Shown here in pieces: positions 11,239 through 22,055 of a stretch of 64,000 bases of DNA. The stretch spans positions 10,366,894 to 10,430,893 of the forward strand of contig CM082589.2 in NCBI GenBank assembly GCA_040954595.2, in the 5' to 3' direction. Each line of letters begins with the position of its first letter. The first letter of the stretch is position 1. The position numbers and the translations under genes are program-made. Source of the stretch: Balanoglossus misakiensis (taxonomy: Eukaryota > Animalia > Hemichordata). The notes under the pieces were generated by a model, which worked only from the letters and a program-made list of their open reading frames with translations, was not told where the DNA came from and searched no databases.

Positions 11239-14200
11239 ATGGAGAACGCTGAACAACAGCTGCTGGATTTGGGAATAGAGCCCAGTCCAGTCGCCAAAAA
11301 GGGACCTGCAACTCGCAGTAAGACTACGACAAGAGCATCGACCGGTCGAAAAGTTCGCGTGGTCCCCCCCACCAAACTTTCCAAAGTACCAATGGCGTCA
11401 GCTCGTTCGAAAGGCGGGAAATGTAGCAAACCTGTCAAGGAAGAAGACACTTCATCTGACGGGGAAGATGTGAGGTCAGAGAAAGAGAAGTTGCAGGCGG
11501 AGATAGCGAGACTGCAGGAGCAATCTGAAGTAGACAATTTAAGAAAACAACTAAAACAAATGAAACTGGAGAAGGAACGACGCAGCCCGCCAGTCGCTTC
11601 GAGCGGAAGTCCCAGAAGTCACGACCTGAGTCAACTCACGCTACCCGATCTCAAGAGGATGGCGAAAGAAGACTCACAATTGCAGTGGTCGTTACCATCA
11701 GGCAGTCCGTGGCTACCAGCGACAGGGGCCGCTGGCGGCGGTGAAGACCTCCAACCGAACCAACTCCTGGCACAGTCCGGTTTATACACAGCAGTGCAGA
11801 GCAAAGCAGGTAACGTACCAATGAAATCGATGCGGTTCAACACCAGAACCGATCGTGTGCGACAGCACGTCCTATGGCCGCACATGTTCGTCAGGGCTCG
11901 GACATTCTCGGGCGCCCCACCAAAATTCGATGATATGTCAATGGCGGAATTTGTGGAAGGTAATCTCGCGATAGTGCAACTTCCTACTTTGAGTGACACA
12001 GAGAAACAGCAGCGATTACAACACTTACAGTCGCTTATGAAAGACGCCAATTTGTTTCCCTGGGACGCCATCTTGAAGTTCGAGGGCGCGCTCCTCTCTG
12101 ACATGGAGTCAGGACTCAGAACATGGGCAAATGACACCGCAGATCTGAGAGAGCTATATTTGCTGCCGCGTATCGGCGAGATCAGACGGGATAAAACAGC
12201 GGACAAATCCAAAAAGAAGGATCAGATTAATGTATGTTTCAAATACCAAAGTAACAAGTGCGAGAAGGAGGATTGCGCATTCAAACACATATGTGAAGCC
12301 TGCATGAAGTTGCGTAACAACCTGGCCAAGCATCCCAAGATTGCCAGCCCCTGGAAGGATAAGGCCTTTAGAGAGCAAGAGAGCAACAAGTTGACCGATA
12401 GTTCTGGCAAAGCAGAGGTAGATAAGTCTAAACAAGACTCTCATGACTGTGACAGCAATTTAATTCCTAAATTGAACCATAGAGTCAAAAGTGCAGGCAC
12501 GGAGTGTAATATCAATGACTTTTATACATTGATGGGCATCACAGATCAGGCAGTGCACAAGTGTGATCGCTCTGTACAAACTGACATGGAGATTGATATT
12601 TCAAGAAGCCTGTCAATGTGCAACCCGGAGGTTTTGCGGGATGCTATTGTTAACCCTAGTAGTATTTCTGAACCAGTGCTTTCGATTGACGAGCCAGTAA
12701 CATGTACCATTGCCAATGTTGCCTCTGAACACACAGGTTGTTTTGATACCTCTGTTAGCAGGGATAATGTTGACAAATACCTTTGTAAAACTCATACAGT
12801 TGATTTGATAGAACCTGATATTGAGACTGATCTTGACAAGCAAATCCCTATTGAATCACTAGCCCATACCGTCGGTGATACCACTGAATTTGCATGTGAG
12901 ATTAGCGCTCATGGTTCATCTGACGGTATGATCAGTGATGACCACGATGTCTTTGTTAGTGACATGTTTACTGTGGAAAATGTTCCAAATATGGGGCCTC
13001 CCAACCCCACCCTTGTTGATCACAGTGTTCCAGACACTTATCCACTGGGCAATGATATGCAGTATTCTGAGTTATCAGATACTCCCGTGGGCGGGGATGT
13101 CTGTCCCCCGTCGTCATGGCCACAAGCGTCACCCCCTGATTTAACAGAAGTTATAACCGTTCATGACATAGTTGTTGAATCAGGTTTACCAAATTCTCAA
13201 TTTTGCAGAATACCCGTTTCATCAAATCTTCAAATCCCAATTTGGCGAGCCGAATTGCAGCAATATGATGACAAAATCATCTGCGATTACCTACAATATG
13301 GTTGGCCCGTCTACTATACAGCCTCAGAATTGCCATACTCTACAGTGAAAAACCACCCATCAGCTATAAATTACTCGGCGCATGTCGACAACTGGATCAT
13401 TAACGAAGTCGCAGCCGGGGCTACAGCGGGTCCGTTCTTAACTAACCCCCTTGCCACACCACTCAGTACTTCCCCCATTCAGACTGTCGAAAAAAAAGAT
13501 AGTGTTAATCGGCGTATAGTCTTTGATCTTAGTTCCCCAATCCACCATTCAGTAAATGACGGTATCCCCAAAGGGGAATATCTTGGGGAGAGTTTTCAGC
13601 TTCAATATCCTTCCATTGATGATTTCACTGCAATGATGACCCGTAAGGGCAGGGGATGCCTCCTATTTAAGCGCGATTTAAGCAGAGCTTATCGGCAAAT
13701 ACCAGTCGATCCAGCGGACTACCATTTGCTGGGCTACACGTGGCGTAATTTATTGTTCTTTGACCTTACATTGCCATTTGGCTTGCGAACCGCAGCGCTA
13801 GCCTGCCAGCGCACCACTAATGCGGTTTCTTATATCTATTCCACGAAAGGGTATGACTGTGTTAATTACCTTGACGACTTCGGTGGTGCAGAGACCTCCA
13901 ACAAAGCCCACAAGGCATTTGCGGAGCTAGGTGACACGCTGGATAGACTGGGTTTGCAAGAAGCCAAACACAAAGCGGTGCCCCCGTCATCAATCATGAC
14001 TTTTCTTGGAATCCAGTTGAACTCCCTTACAATGACTATGGAAGTTACTCCTGACCGGCTTAATGAAATAGAGCAAGAGCTGGGTGTATGGGTCACTAAA
14101 ACAAAAGCAACTAAGCGCGAGCTGCAATCACTCATAGGCAAGCTTTCCTTTATTGCCAAATGTGTCAAGCCTGGTAGGCTATTCCTGGCGAGAATGCTAG

Positions 14201-14811
14201 ATGTGTTGCGTACCGTCACCCGCAATCACTACCATATCTATCTAAACAGTGATTTCAAGGCAGATCTACGGTGGTGGATTAATTTCATTAGGGTTTATAA
14301 TGGGGTGTCTCTCATTAAAGAGTCAGGTTGGTGCCCGCCAGATGAAATATTTTCTTCGGATGCATGCCCAACAGGGGGAGGGGGGCTTTGCGACAACGAG
14401 TATTTCCACGTGGAGTTCCCTGACTTTGTAAAGGTTGGGGACCCTCACATTAATGCCCTCGAATTACTCACTATTACTATAGCGGCAAAAATTTGGGGTG
14501 ATAGATGGTCTGGAAAGAAAATACAGGTCTCTTGCGACAACCAGGCAACAGTTTGGGTCATTAATACCGGTAGAGCTAGGGATAAACTAATGCTGTCTTG
14601 CTTGAGGGAATTATGGCTGGTAGCAGCGATTCACGAGTTTGAGCTACGTGCTGTGCACATCGCAGGCACCGAGAACCGGCTGGCTGATGCGCTCAGTCGC
14701 TGGCATCTTGACCCAAGTTATGAGCAACTCTTCAAATCATCTGTTAATATTTCTCAAATGACCGAGCACCCAGTCGCCGAGGATGACATTCGCTTTCTCA
14801 ATGAGTGGTGA
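11239..14811 (+). CDS. Ngaro unit 2 Gag-RT-RNase H in a single ORF (1190 aa)
   Basis: WPH motif and CFKYQ..C..HICEAC..H zinc finger; RDLSRAYRQ, LPFGLR, YLDD (RT); SDAC, ELL, CDN, ADALSR (RH). Confidence 0.93.
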   Translation: MENAEQQLLDLGIEPSPVAKKGPATRSKTTTRASTGRKVRVVPPTKLSKVPMASARSKGGKCSKPVKEEDTSSDGEDVRSEKEKLQAEIARLQEQSEVDNLRKQLKQMKLEKERRSPPVASSGSPRSHDLSQLTLPDLKRMAKEDSQLQWSLPSGSPWLPATGAAGGGEDLQPNQLLAQSGLYTAVQSKAGNVPMKSMRFNTRTDRVRQHVLWPHMFVRARTFSGAPPKFDDMSMAEFVEGNLAIVQLPTLSDTEKQQRLQHLQSLMKDANLFPWDAILKFEGALLSDMESGLRTWANDTADLRELYLLPRIGEIRRDKTADKSKKKDQINVCFKYQSNKCEKEDCAFKHICEACMKLRNNLAKHPKIASPWKDKAFREQESNKLTDSSGKAEVDKSKQDSHDCDSNLIPKLNHRVKSAGTECNINDFYTLMGITDQAVHKCDRSVQTDMEIDISRSLSMCNPEVLRDAIVNPSSISEPVLSIDEPVTCTIANVASEHTGCFDTSVSRDNVDKYLCKTHTVDLIEPDIETDLDKQIPIESLAHTVGDTTEFACEISAHGSSDGMISDDHDVFVSDMFTVENVPNMGPPNPTLVDHSVPDTYPLGNDMQYSELSDTPVGGDVCPPSSWPQASPPDLTEVITVHDIVVESGLPNSQFCRIPVSSNLQIPIWRAELQQYDDKIICDYLQYGWPVYYTASELPYSTVKNHPSAINYSAHVDNWIINEVAAGATAGPFLTNPLATPLSTSPIQTVEKKDSVNRRIVFDLSSPIHHSVNDGIPKGEYLGESFQLQYPSIDDFTAMMTRKGRGCLLFKRDLSRAYRQIPVDPADYHLLGYTWRNLLFFDLTLPFGLRTAALACQRTTNAVSYIYSTKGYDCVNYLDDFGGAETSNKAHKAFAELGDTLDRLGLQEAKHKAVPPSSIMTFLGIQLNSLTMTMEVTPDRLNEIEQELGVWVTKTKATKRELQSLIGKLSFIAKCVKPGRLFLARMLDVLRTVTRNHYHIYLNSDFKADLRWWINFIRVYNGVSLIKESGWCPPDEIFSSDACPTGGGGLCDNEYFHVEFPDFVKVGDPHINALELLTITIAAKIWGDRWSGKKIQVSCDNQATVWVINTGRARDKLMLSCLRELWLVAAIHEFELRAVHIAGTENRLADALSRWHLDPSYEQLFKSSVNISQMTEHPVAEDDIRFLNEW

Positions 14812-15830
14812 CTGATTTTATTTTTATTTCAGATCACTGCCAAACTATCCAAGCCTTAGACGCTCAAATCGCTATCTCAATGAGGTCAGCATTAGCGGAA
14901 GGAACTCGTCGGAATTTGTCGTCACAGTTGAAGAGTTACTTCCTGTTTTGTCAGTTTTTCAATTTTACTCCTGTTCCAGCATCTGTTCTTACAGTGTGTA
15001 GATTTATCCAGTTTCTTGCAAGATCAGTAACTGCTACTGGCACCATTCAGAATCATTTGTACGCAATTCGTACCTTGCATAGAATCCATGGCTTCACGCC
15101 ATTGGCCGCTGATCAGTATGTTGTCAAATTACTTTTGAAATGTCTTTCCCGTAGCACTTTCCAGCCGGTGAGGCAGAAATTACCCATCACCCCCCAGTTG
15201 TTGCTACAGTTTTTCGGGCTTCTAGATGTGGCTGTTCCATTCGATGTTACTTTGTGGGCATGCCTTTTGATAGGGTTTTTCTCCTTTTTTCGCAAGTCAA
15301 ATCTTGTTCCGAAGTCTGCAACCGACTTTGATCCGGCTAAACACCTCTGTAGGGGTAAAGTCATTTCCTCAGATTCTGGCCTTATAATCGGCGTGACTTG
15401 GTCAAAAACCATTCAGTTTCGCGAACGCTGTTTGACTATTCCACTTGCCCGCATTCCAGGTTCGGTGTTGTGCCCTTTACAGGCATACAATCACATGTGT
15501 GAGATCATCCCAGCCCCACCCTCTAGCCCAGCATTTGTTTTTCCCAAATGTGGCAAATTGGTCCCCTTGACCCATTCAGGGCTGGTGAAAAGTATCAAAT
15601 GTTTAGTTCAGAGGGCAGGCTTTCCTGCTGACATGTACTCGGGTCACAGCCTCCGTCGTGGGGGTGCAACCTTTGCATTCGAAAGTGGGGTCCCTGGGGA
15701 GCTTATCAAACTCCAAGGGGATTGGCAATCCAGCGCGTATCTCCGTTATCTTAACATTCCATTTCAGACTCGTTATCTGGTGTCCTTTCAAATGGGTCAG
15801 CATATTAAAGACATCTCCGCGTCACACTGA
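14805..15830 (+). CDS. Ngaro unit 2 tyrosine recombinase (no ATG at its start; probably spliced in at 14833)
   Basis: Catalytic set FFRKSN (R), WSKT (K), HSLRRG (H-x-x-R), GDW, AYLRY (Y). Confidence 0.93.
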   Translation: MVTDFIFISDHCQTIQALDAQIAISMRSALAEGTRRNLSSQLKSYFLFCQFFNFTPVPASVLTVCRFIQFLARSVTATGTIQNHLYAIRTLHRIHGFTPLAADQYVVKLLLKCLSRSTFQPVRQKLPITPQLLLQFFGLLDVAVPFDVTLWACLLIGFFSFFRKSNLVPKSATDFDPAKHLCRGKVISSDSGLIIGVTWSKTIQFRERCLTIPLARIPGSVLCPLQAYNHMCEIIPAPPSSPAFVFPKCGKLVPLTHSGLVKSIKCLVQRAGFPADMYSGHSLRRGGATFAFESGVPGELIKLQGDWQSSAYLRYLNIPFQTRYLVSFQMGQHIKDISASH

Positions 15831-16161
15831 TTTTACTGTGGCACTAGCAGAGAGGCGGACCGGGTTTGGCAGTGGTTGGGCCTGCAAGAGCCCCCAGTTC
15901 ACGTAAATAAATAATGGCTCTTGCCTTCAGCTGCCAAACCTGTGTCCTTGGTTTGTGTGTTAGAGAGATCTCAAGTAATTTAGGTAACATTGCGATCAAC
16001 GGCATAATGTTACCCAATTAAGCAACTCGAAAAGGGGCGCCCTCAACCTCAAACGAGCCTCAAAAATCCCATAATCCATCACTCACGGCCACTTCAAGGG
16101 TTCGGAGCGTGTCCTGCAGTGCACGCTCTCTCTGCCTCAATTTCAATTTCTCACCGTTATT

Positions 16162-19100
16162 ATGGAGAACGCTGAACAACAGCTGCTGGATTTGGGAATA
16201 GAGCCCAGTCCAGTCGCCAAAAAGGGACCTGCAACTCGCAGTAAGACTACGACAAGAGCATCGACCGGTCGAAAAGTTCGCGTGGTCCCCCCCACCAAAC
16301 TTTCCAAAGTACCAATGGCGTCAGCTCGTTCGAAAGGCGGGAAATGTAGCAAACCTGTCAAGGAAGAAGACACTTCATCTGACGGGGAAGATGTGAGGTC
16401 AGAGAAAGAGAAGTTGCAGGCGGAGATAGCGAGACTGCAGGAGCAATCTGAAGTAGACAATTTAAGAAAACAACTAAAAGAAATGAAACTGGAGAAGGAA
16501 CGACGCAGCCCGCCAGCTGCTTCGAGCGGAAGTCCCAGAAGTCACGACCTGAGTCAACTCACGCTACCCGATCTCAAGAGGATGGCGAAAGAAGACTCAC
16601 AATTGCAGTGGTCGTTACCATCAGGCAGTCCGTGGCTACCAGCGACAGGGGCCGCTGGCGGCGGTGAAGACCTCCAACCGAACCAACTCCTGGCACAGTC
16701 CGGTTTATACACAGCAGCGCAGAGCAAAGCAGGTAACGTACCAATGAAATCGATGCGGTTCAACACCAGAACCGATCGTGTGCGACAGCACGTCCTATGG
16801 CCGCACATGTTCGTCAGGGCTCGGACATTCTCGGGCGCCCCACCAAAATTCGATGATATGTCAATGGCGGAATTTGTGGAAGGTAATCTCGCGATAGTGC
16901 AACTTCCTACTTTGAGTGACACAGAGAAACAGCAGCGATTACAACACTTACAGTCGCTTATGAAAGACGCCAATTTGTTCCCCTGGGACGCCATCTTGAA
17001 GTTCGAGGGCGCGCTCCTCTCTGACATGGAGTCAGGACTCAGAACATGGGCAAATGACACCGCAGATCTGAGAGAGCTATATTTGCTGCCGCGTATCGGC
17101 GAGATCAGACGGGATAAAACAGCGGACAAATCCAAAAAGAAGGATCAGATTAATGTATGTTTCAAATACCAAAGTAACAAGTGCGAGAAGGAGGATTGCG
17201 CATTCAAACACATATGTGAAGCCTGCATGAAGTTGCGTAACAACCTGGCCAAGCATCCCAAGATTGCCAGCCCCTGGAAGGATAAGGCCTTTAGAGAGCA
17301 AGAGAGCAACAAGTTGACCGATAGTTCTGGCAAAGCAGAGGTAGATAAGTCTAAAGAAGACTCTCATGACTGTGACAGCAATTTAATTCCTAAATTGAAC
17401 CATAGAGTCAAAAGTGCAGGCACGGAGTGTAATATCAATGACTTTTATACATTGATGGGCATCACAGATCAGGCAGTGCACAAGTGTGATCGCTCTGTAC
17501 AAACTGACATGGAGATTGATATTTCAAGAAGCCTGTCAATGTGCAACCCGGAGGTTTTGCGGGATGCTATTGTTAACCCTAGTAGTATTTCTGAACCAGT
17601 GCTTTCGATTGACGAGCCAGTAACATGTACCATTGCCAATGTTGCCTCTGAACACACAGGTTGTTTTGATACCTCTGTTAGCAGGGATAATGTTGACAAA
17701 TACCTTTGTAAAACTCATACAGTTGATTTGATAGAACCTGATATTGAGACTGATCTTGACAAGCAAATCCCTATTGAATCACTAGCCCATACCGTCGGTG
17801 ATACCACTGAATTTGCATGTGAGATTAGCGCTCATGGTTCATCTGACGGTATGATCAGTGATGACCACGATGTCTTTGTTAGTGATATGTTTACTGTGGA
17901 AAATGTTCCAAATATGGGGCCTCCCAACCCCACCCTTGTTGATCACAGTGTTCCAGACACTTATCCACTGGGCAATGATATGCAGTATTCTGAGTTATCA
18001 GATACTCCCGTGGGCGGGGATGTCTGTCCCCCGTCGTCATGGCCACAAGCGTCACCCCTTGATTTAAAGCAGAGGTAGATAAGTCTAAACAAGACTCTCA
18101 TGACTGTGACAGCAATTTAATTCCTAAATTGAACCATAGAGTCAAAAGTGCAGGCACGGAGTGTAATATCAATGACTTTTATACATTGATGGGCATCACA
18201 GATCAGGCAGTGCACAAGTGTGATCGCTCTGTACAAACTGACATGGAGATTGATATTTCAAGAAGCCTGTCAATGTGCAACCCGGAGGTTTTGCGGGATG
18301 CTATTGTTAACCCTAGTAGTATTTCTGAACCAGTGCTTTCGATTGACGAGCCAGTAACATGTACCATTGCCAATGTTGCCTCTGAACACACAGGTTGTTT
18401 TGATACCTCTGTTAGCAGGGATAATGTTGACAAATACCTTTGTAAAACTCATACAGTTGATTTGATAGAACCTGATATTGAGACTGATCTTGACAAGCAA
18501 ATCCCTATTGAATCACTAGCCCATACCGTCGGTGATACCACTGAATTTGCATGTGAGATTAGCGCTCATGGTTCATCTGACGGTATGATCAGTGATGACC
18601 ACGATGTCTTTGTTAGTGATATGTTTACTGTGGAAAATGTTCCAAATATGGGGCCTCCCAACCCCACCCTTGTTGATCACAGTGTTCCAGACACTTATCC
18701 ACTGGGCAATGATATGCAGTATTCTGAGTTATCAGATACTCCCGTGGGCGGGGATGTCTGTCCCCCGTCGTCATGGCCACAAGCGTCACCCCCTGATTTA
18801 ACAGAAGTTATAACCGTTCATGACATAGTTGTTGAATCAGGTTTACCAAATTCTCAATTTTGCAGAATACCCGTTTCATCAAATCTTCAAATCCCAATTT
18901 GGCGAGCCGAATTGCAGCAATATGATGACAAAATCATCTGCGATTACCTACAATATGGTTGGCCCGTCTACTATACAGCCTCAGAATTGCCATACTCTAC
19001 AGTGAAAAACCACCCATCAGCTATAAATTACTCGGCGCATGTCGACAACTGGATCATTAACGAAGTCGCAGCCGGGGCTACAGCGGGTCCGTTCTTAACT

Positions 19101-20468
19101 AACCCCCTTGCCACACCACTCAGTACTTCCCCCATTCAGACTGTCGAAAAAAAAGATAGTGTTAATCGGCGTATAGTCTTTGATCTTAGTTCCCCAATCC
19201 ACCATTCAGTAAATGACGGTATCCCCAAAGGGGAATATCTTGGGGAGAGTTTTCAGCTTCAATATCCTTCCATTGATGATTTCACTGCAATGATGACCCG
19301 TAAGGGCAGGGGATGCCTCCTATTTAAGCGCGATTTAAGCAGAGCTTATCGGCAAATACCAGTCGATCCAGCGGACTACCATTTGCTGGGCTACACGTGG
19401 CGTAATTTATTGTTCTTTGACCTTACATTGCCATTTGGCTTGCGAACCGCAGCGCTAGCCTGCCAGCGCACCACTAATGCGGTTTCTTATATCTATTCCA
19501 CGAAAGGGTATGACTGTGTTAATTACCTTGACGACTTCGGTGGTGCAGAGACCTCCAACAAAGCCCACAAGGCATTTGCGGAGCTAGGTGACACGCTGGA
19601 TAGACTGGGTTTGCAAGAAGCCAAACACAAAGCGGTGCCCCCGTCATCAATCATGACTTTTCTTGGAATCCAGTTGAACTCCCTTACAATGACTATGGAA
19701 GTTACTCCTGACCGGCTTAATGAAATAGAGCAAGAGCTGGGTGTATGGGTCACTAAAACAAAAGCAACTAAGCGCGAGCTGCAATCACTCATAGGCAAGC
19801 TTTCCTTTATTGCCAAATGTGTCAAGCCTGGTAGGCTATTCCTGGCGAGAATGCTAGATGTGTTGCGTACCGTCACCCGCAATCACTACCATATCTATCT
19901 AAACAGTGATTTCAAGGCAGATCTACGGTGGTGGATTAATTTCATTAGGGTTTATAATGGGGTGTCTCTCATTAAAGAGTCAGGTTGGTGCCCGCCAGAT
20001 GAAATATTTTCTTCGGATGCATGCCCAAAAGGGGGAGGGGGGCTTTGCGACAACGAGTATTTCCACGTGGAGTTCCCTGACTTTGTAAAGGTTGGGGACC
20101 CTCACATTAATGCCCTCGAATTACTCACTATTACTATAGCGGCAAAAATTTGGGGTGATAGATGGTCTGGAAAGAAAATACAGGTCTCTTGCGACAACCA
20201 GGCAACAGTTTGGGTCATTAATACCGGTAGAGCTAGGGATAAACTAATGCTGTCTTGCTTGAGGGAATTATGGCTGGTAGCAGCGATTCACGAGTTTGAG
20301 CTACGTGCTGTGCACATCGCAGGCACCGAGAACCGGCTGGCTGATGCGCTCAGTCGCTGGCATCTTGACCCAAGTTATGAGCAACTCTTCAAATCATCTG
20401 TTAATATTTCTCAAATGACCGAGCACCCAGTCGCCGAGGATGACATTCGCTTTCTCAATGAGTGGTGA
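16162..20468 (+). pseudogene. Ngaro unit 3 Gag-RT-RH disrupted by a 734-bp internal tandem duplication
   Basis: ORF 16162-18078 stops just after the junction gattta|aagcagaggtag. RT/RH continues in another frame at 18129-20468. Confidence 0.9.
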
Positions 20469-21487
20469 CTGATTTTATTTTTATTTCAGATCACTGCCAA
20501 ACTATCCAAGCCTTAGACGCTCAAATCGCTATCTCAATGAGGTCAGCATTAGCGGAAGGAACTCGTCGGAATTTGTCGTCACAGTTGAAGAGTTACTTCC
20601 TGTTTTGTCAGTTTTTCAATTTTACTCCTGTTCCAGCATCTGTTCTTACAGTGTGTAGATTTATCCAGTTTCTTGCAAGATCAGTAACTGCTACTGGCAC
20701 CATTCAGAATTATTTGTACGCAATTCGTACCTTGCATAGAATCCATGGCTTCACGCCATTGGCCGCTGATCAGTATGTTGTCAAATTACTTTTGAAATGT
20801 CTTTCCCGTAGCACTTTCCAGCCAGTGAGGCAGAAATTACCCATCACCCCCCAGTTGTTGCTACAGTTTTTCGGGCTTCTAGATGTGGCTGTTCCATTCG
20901 ATGTTACTTTGTGGGCATGCCTTTTGATAGGGTTTTTCTCCTTTTTTCGCAAGTCAAATCTTGTTCCGAAGTCTGCAACCGACTTTGATCCGGCTAAACA
21001 CCTCTGTAGGGGTAAAGTCATTTCCTCAGATTCTGGCCTTATAATCGGCGTGACTTGGTCAAAAACCATTCAGTTTCGCGAACGCTGTTTGACTATTCCA
21101 CTTGCCCACATTCCAGGTTCGGTGTTGTGCCCTTTACAGGCATACAATCACATGTGTGAGATCATCCCAGCCCCACCCTCTAGCCCAGCATTTGTTTTTC
21201 CCAAATGTGGCAAATTGGTCCCCTTGACCCATTCAGGGCTGGTGAAAAGTATCAAATGTTTAGTTCAGAGGGCAGGCTTTCCTGCTGACATGTACTCAGG
21301 TCACAGCCTCCGTCGTGGGGGTGCAACCTTTGCATTCGAAAGTGGGGTCCCTGGGGAGCTTATCAAACTCCAAGGGGATTGGCAATCCAGCGCGTATCTC
21401 CGTTATCTTAACATTCCATTTCAGACTCGTTATCTGGTGTCCTTTCAAATGGGTCAGCATCTTAAAGACATCTCCGCGTCACACTGA
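20462..21487 (+). CDS. Ngaro unit 3 tyrosine recombinase
   Basis: Same 341-aa frame as unit 2 with R-K-HxxR-W-Y intact. Confidence 0.92.
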   Translation: MVTDFIFISDHCQTIQALDAQIAISMRSALAEGTRRNLSSQLKSYFLFCQFFNFTPVPASVLTVCRFIQFLARSVTATGTIQNYLYAIRTLHRIHGFTPLAADQYVVKLLLKCLSRSTFQPVRQKLPITPQLLLQFFGLLDVAVPFDVTLWACLLIGFFSFFRKSNLVPKSATDFDPAKHLCRGKVISSDSGLIIGVTWSKTIQFRERCLTIPLAHIPGSVLCPLQAYNHMCEIIPAPPSSPAFVFPKCGKLVPLTHSGLVKSIKCLVQRAGFPADMYSGHSLRRGGATFAFESGVPGELIKLQGDWQSSAYLRYLNIPFQTRYLVSFQMGQHLKDISASH

Positions 21488-21531
21488 TTTTACTGTGGCA
21501 CTAGCAGAGAGGCGGACCGGGTTTGGCAGTG

Positions 21532-22055
21532 GTTGGGCCTGCAAGAGCCCCCAGTTCACGTAAATAAATAATGGCTCTTGCCTTCAGCTGCCAAACCTGT
21601 GTCCTTGGTTTGTGTGTTAGAGAGATCTCAAGTAATTTAGGTAACATTGCGATCAACGGCATAATGTTACCCAATTAAGCAACTCGAAAAGGGGCGCCCT
21701 CAACCTCAAACGAGCCTCAAAAATCCCATAATCCATCACTCACGACCACTTCAAGGGTTCTGAGCGTGTCCTGCAATGCTCGCTCTCTCTGCCTCAATTT
21801 CCCCACCCGCCCGCCCTCAACAAATAAGATGTGTATTTGCAGATTTACAGTGGTTCTCTGGTCAATACTGTACTTCACGATTGTAACCTTTTTCATCCAT
21901 GTATTTTGCAATGGTCCTTTCATCATTGCGAGTTGTTATTCCCAGTTGTGTTGGGCCTGCAAGAGCACCCAGTTCACGTAAATAAATAATGGCTCTTGCC
22001 TTCAGCTGCCAAACCTGTGTCCTTGTTTTGTGTGTTAGAGAGATCTCAAATAATT
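21532..22055 (+). repeat. Ngaro terminal split direct repeats B1-A2-spacer-B2
   Basis: The 106-bp B (gttgggcctgcaagagc...gagatctcaa[g/a]taatt, containing AATAAA) occurs twice. A2 matches 11058-11220. Confidence 0.9.

Larger units (their letters stand above)
7332..22055 (+). mobile_element. Tandem array of Ngaro-type (DIRS order) YR retrotransposon with split direct repeats: [..ORFs-B]-[A-ORFs-B]-[A-ORFs-B]-A-spacer-B
   Basis: Near-identical 4923-bp units (11058-15980; 15981-21637 has +734 bp). RT/RH and YR ORFs present. Terminal B1 21532-21637, A2 21638-21800, B2 21950-22055. Confidence 0.93.

Noticed and set aside
12411-12423. Alternative donor GAG|GTAGAT for the YR splice
   Set aside because: Phase 0 does not match the phase-1 acceptor.
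11220-15803. Antisense ORFs recurring in each Ngaro unit
   Set aside because: They are shadows of the sense ORFs and recur only because the units are near-identical.
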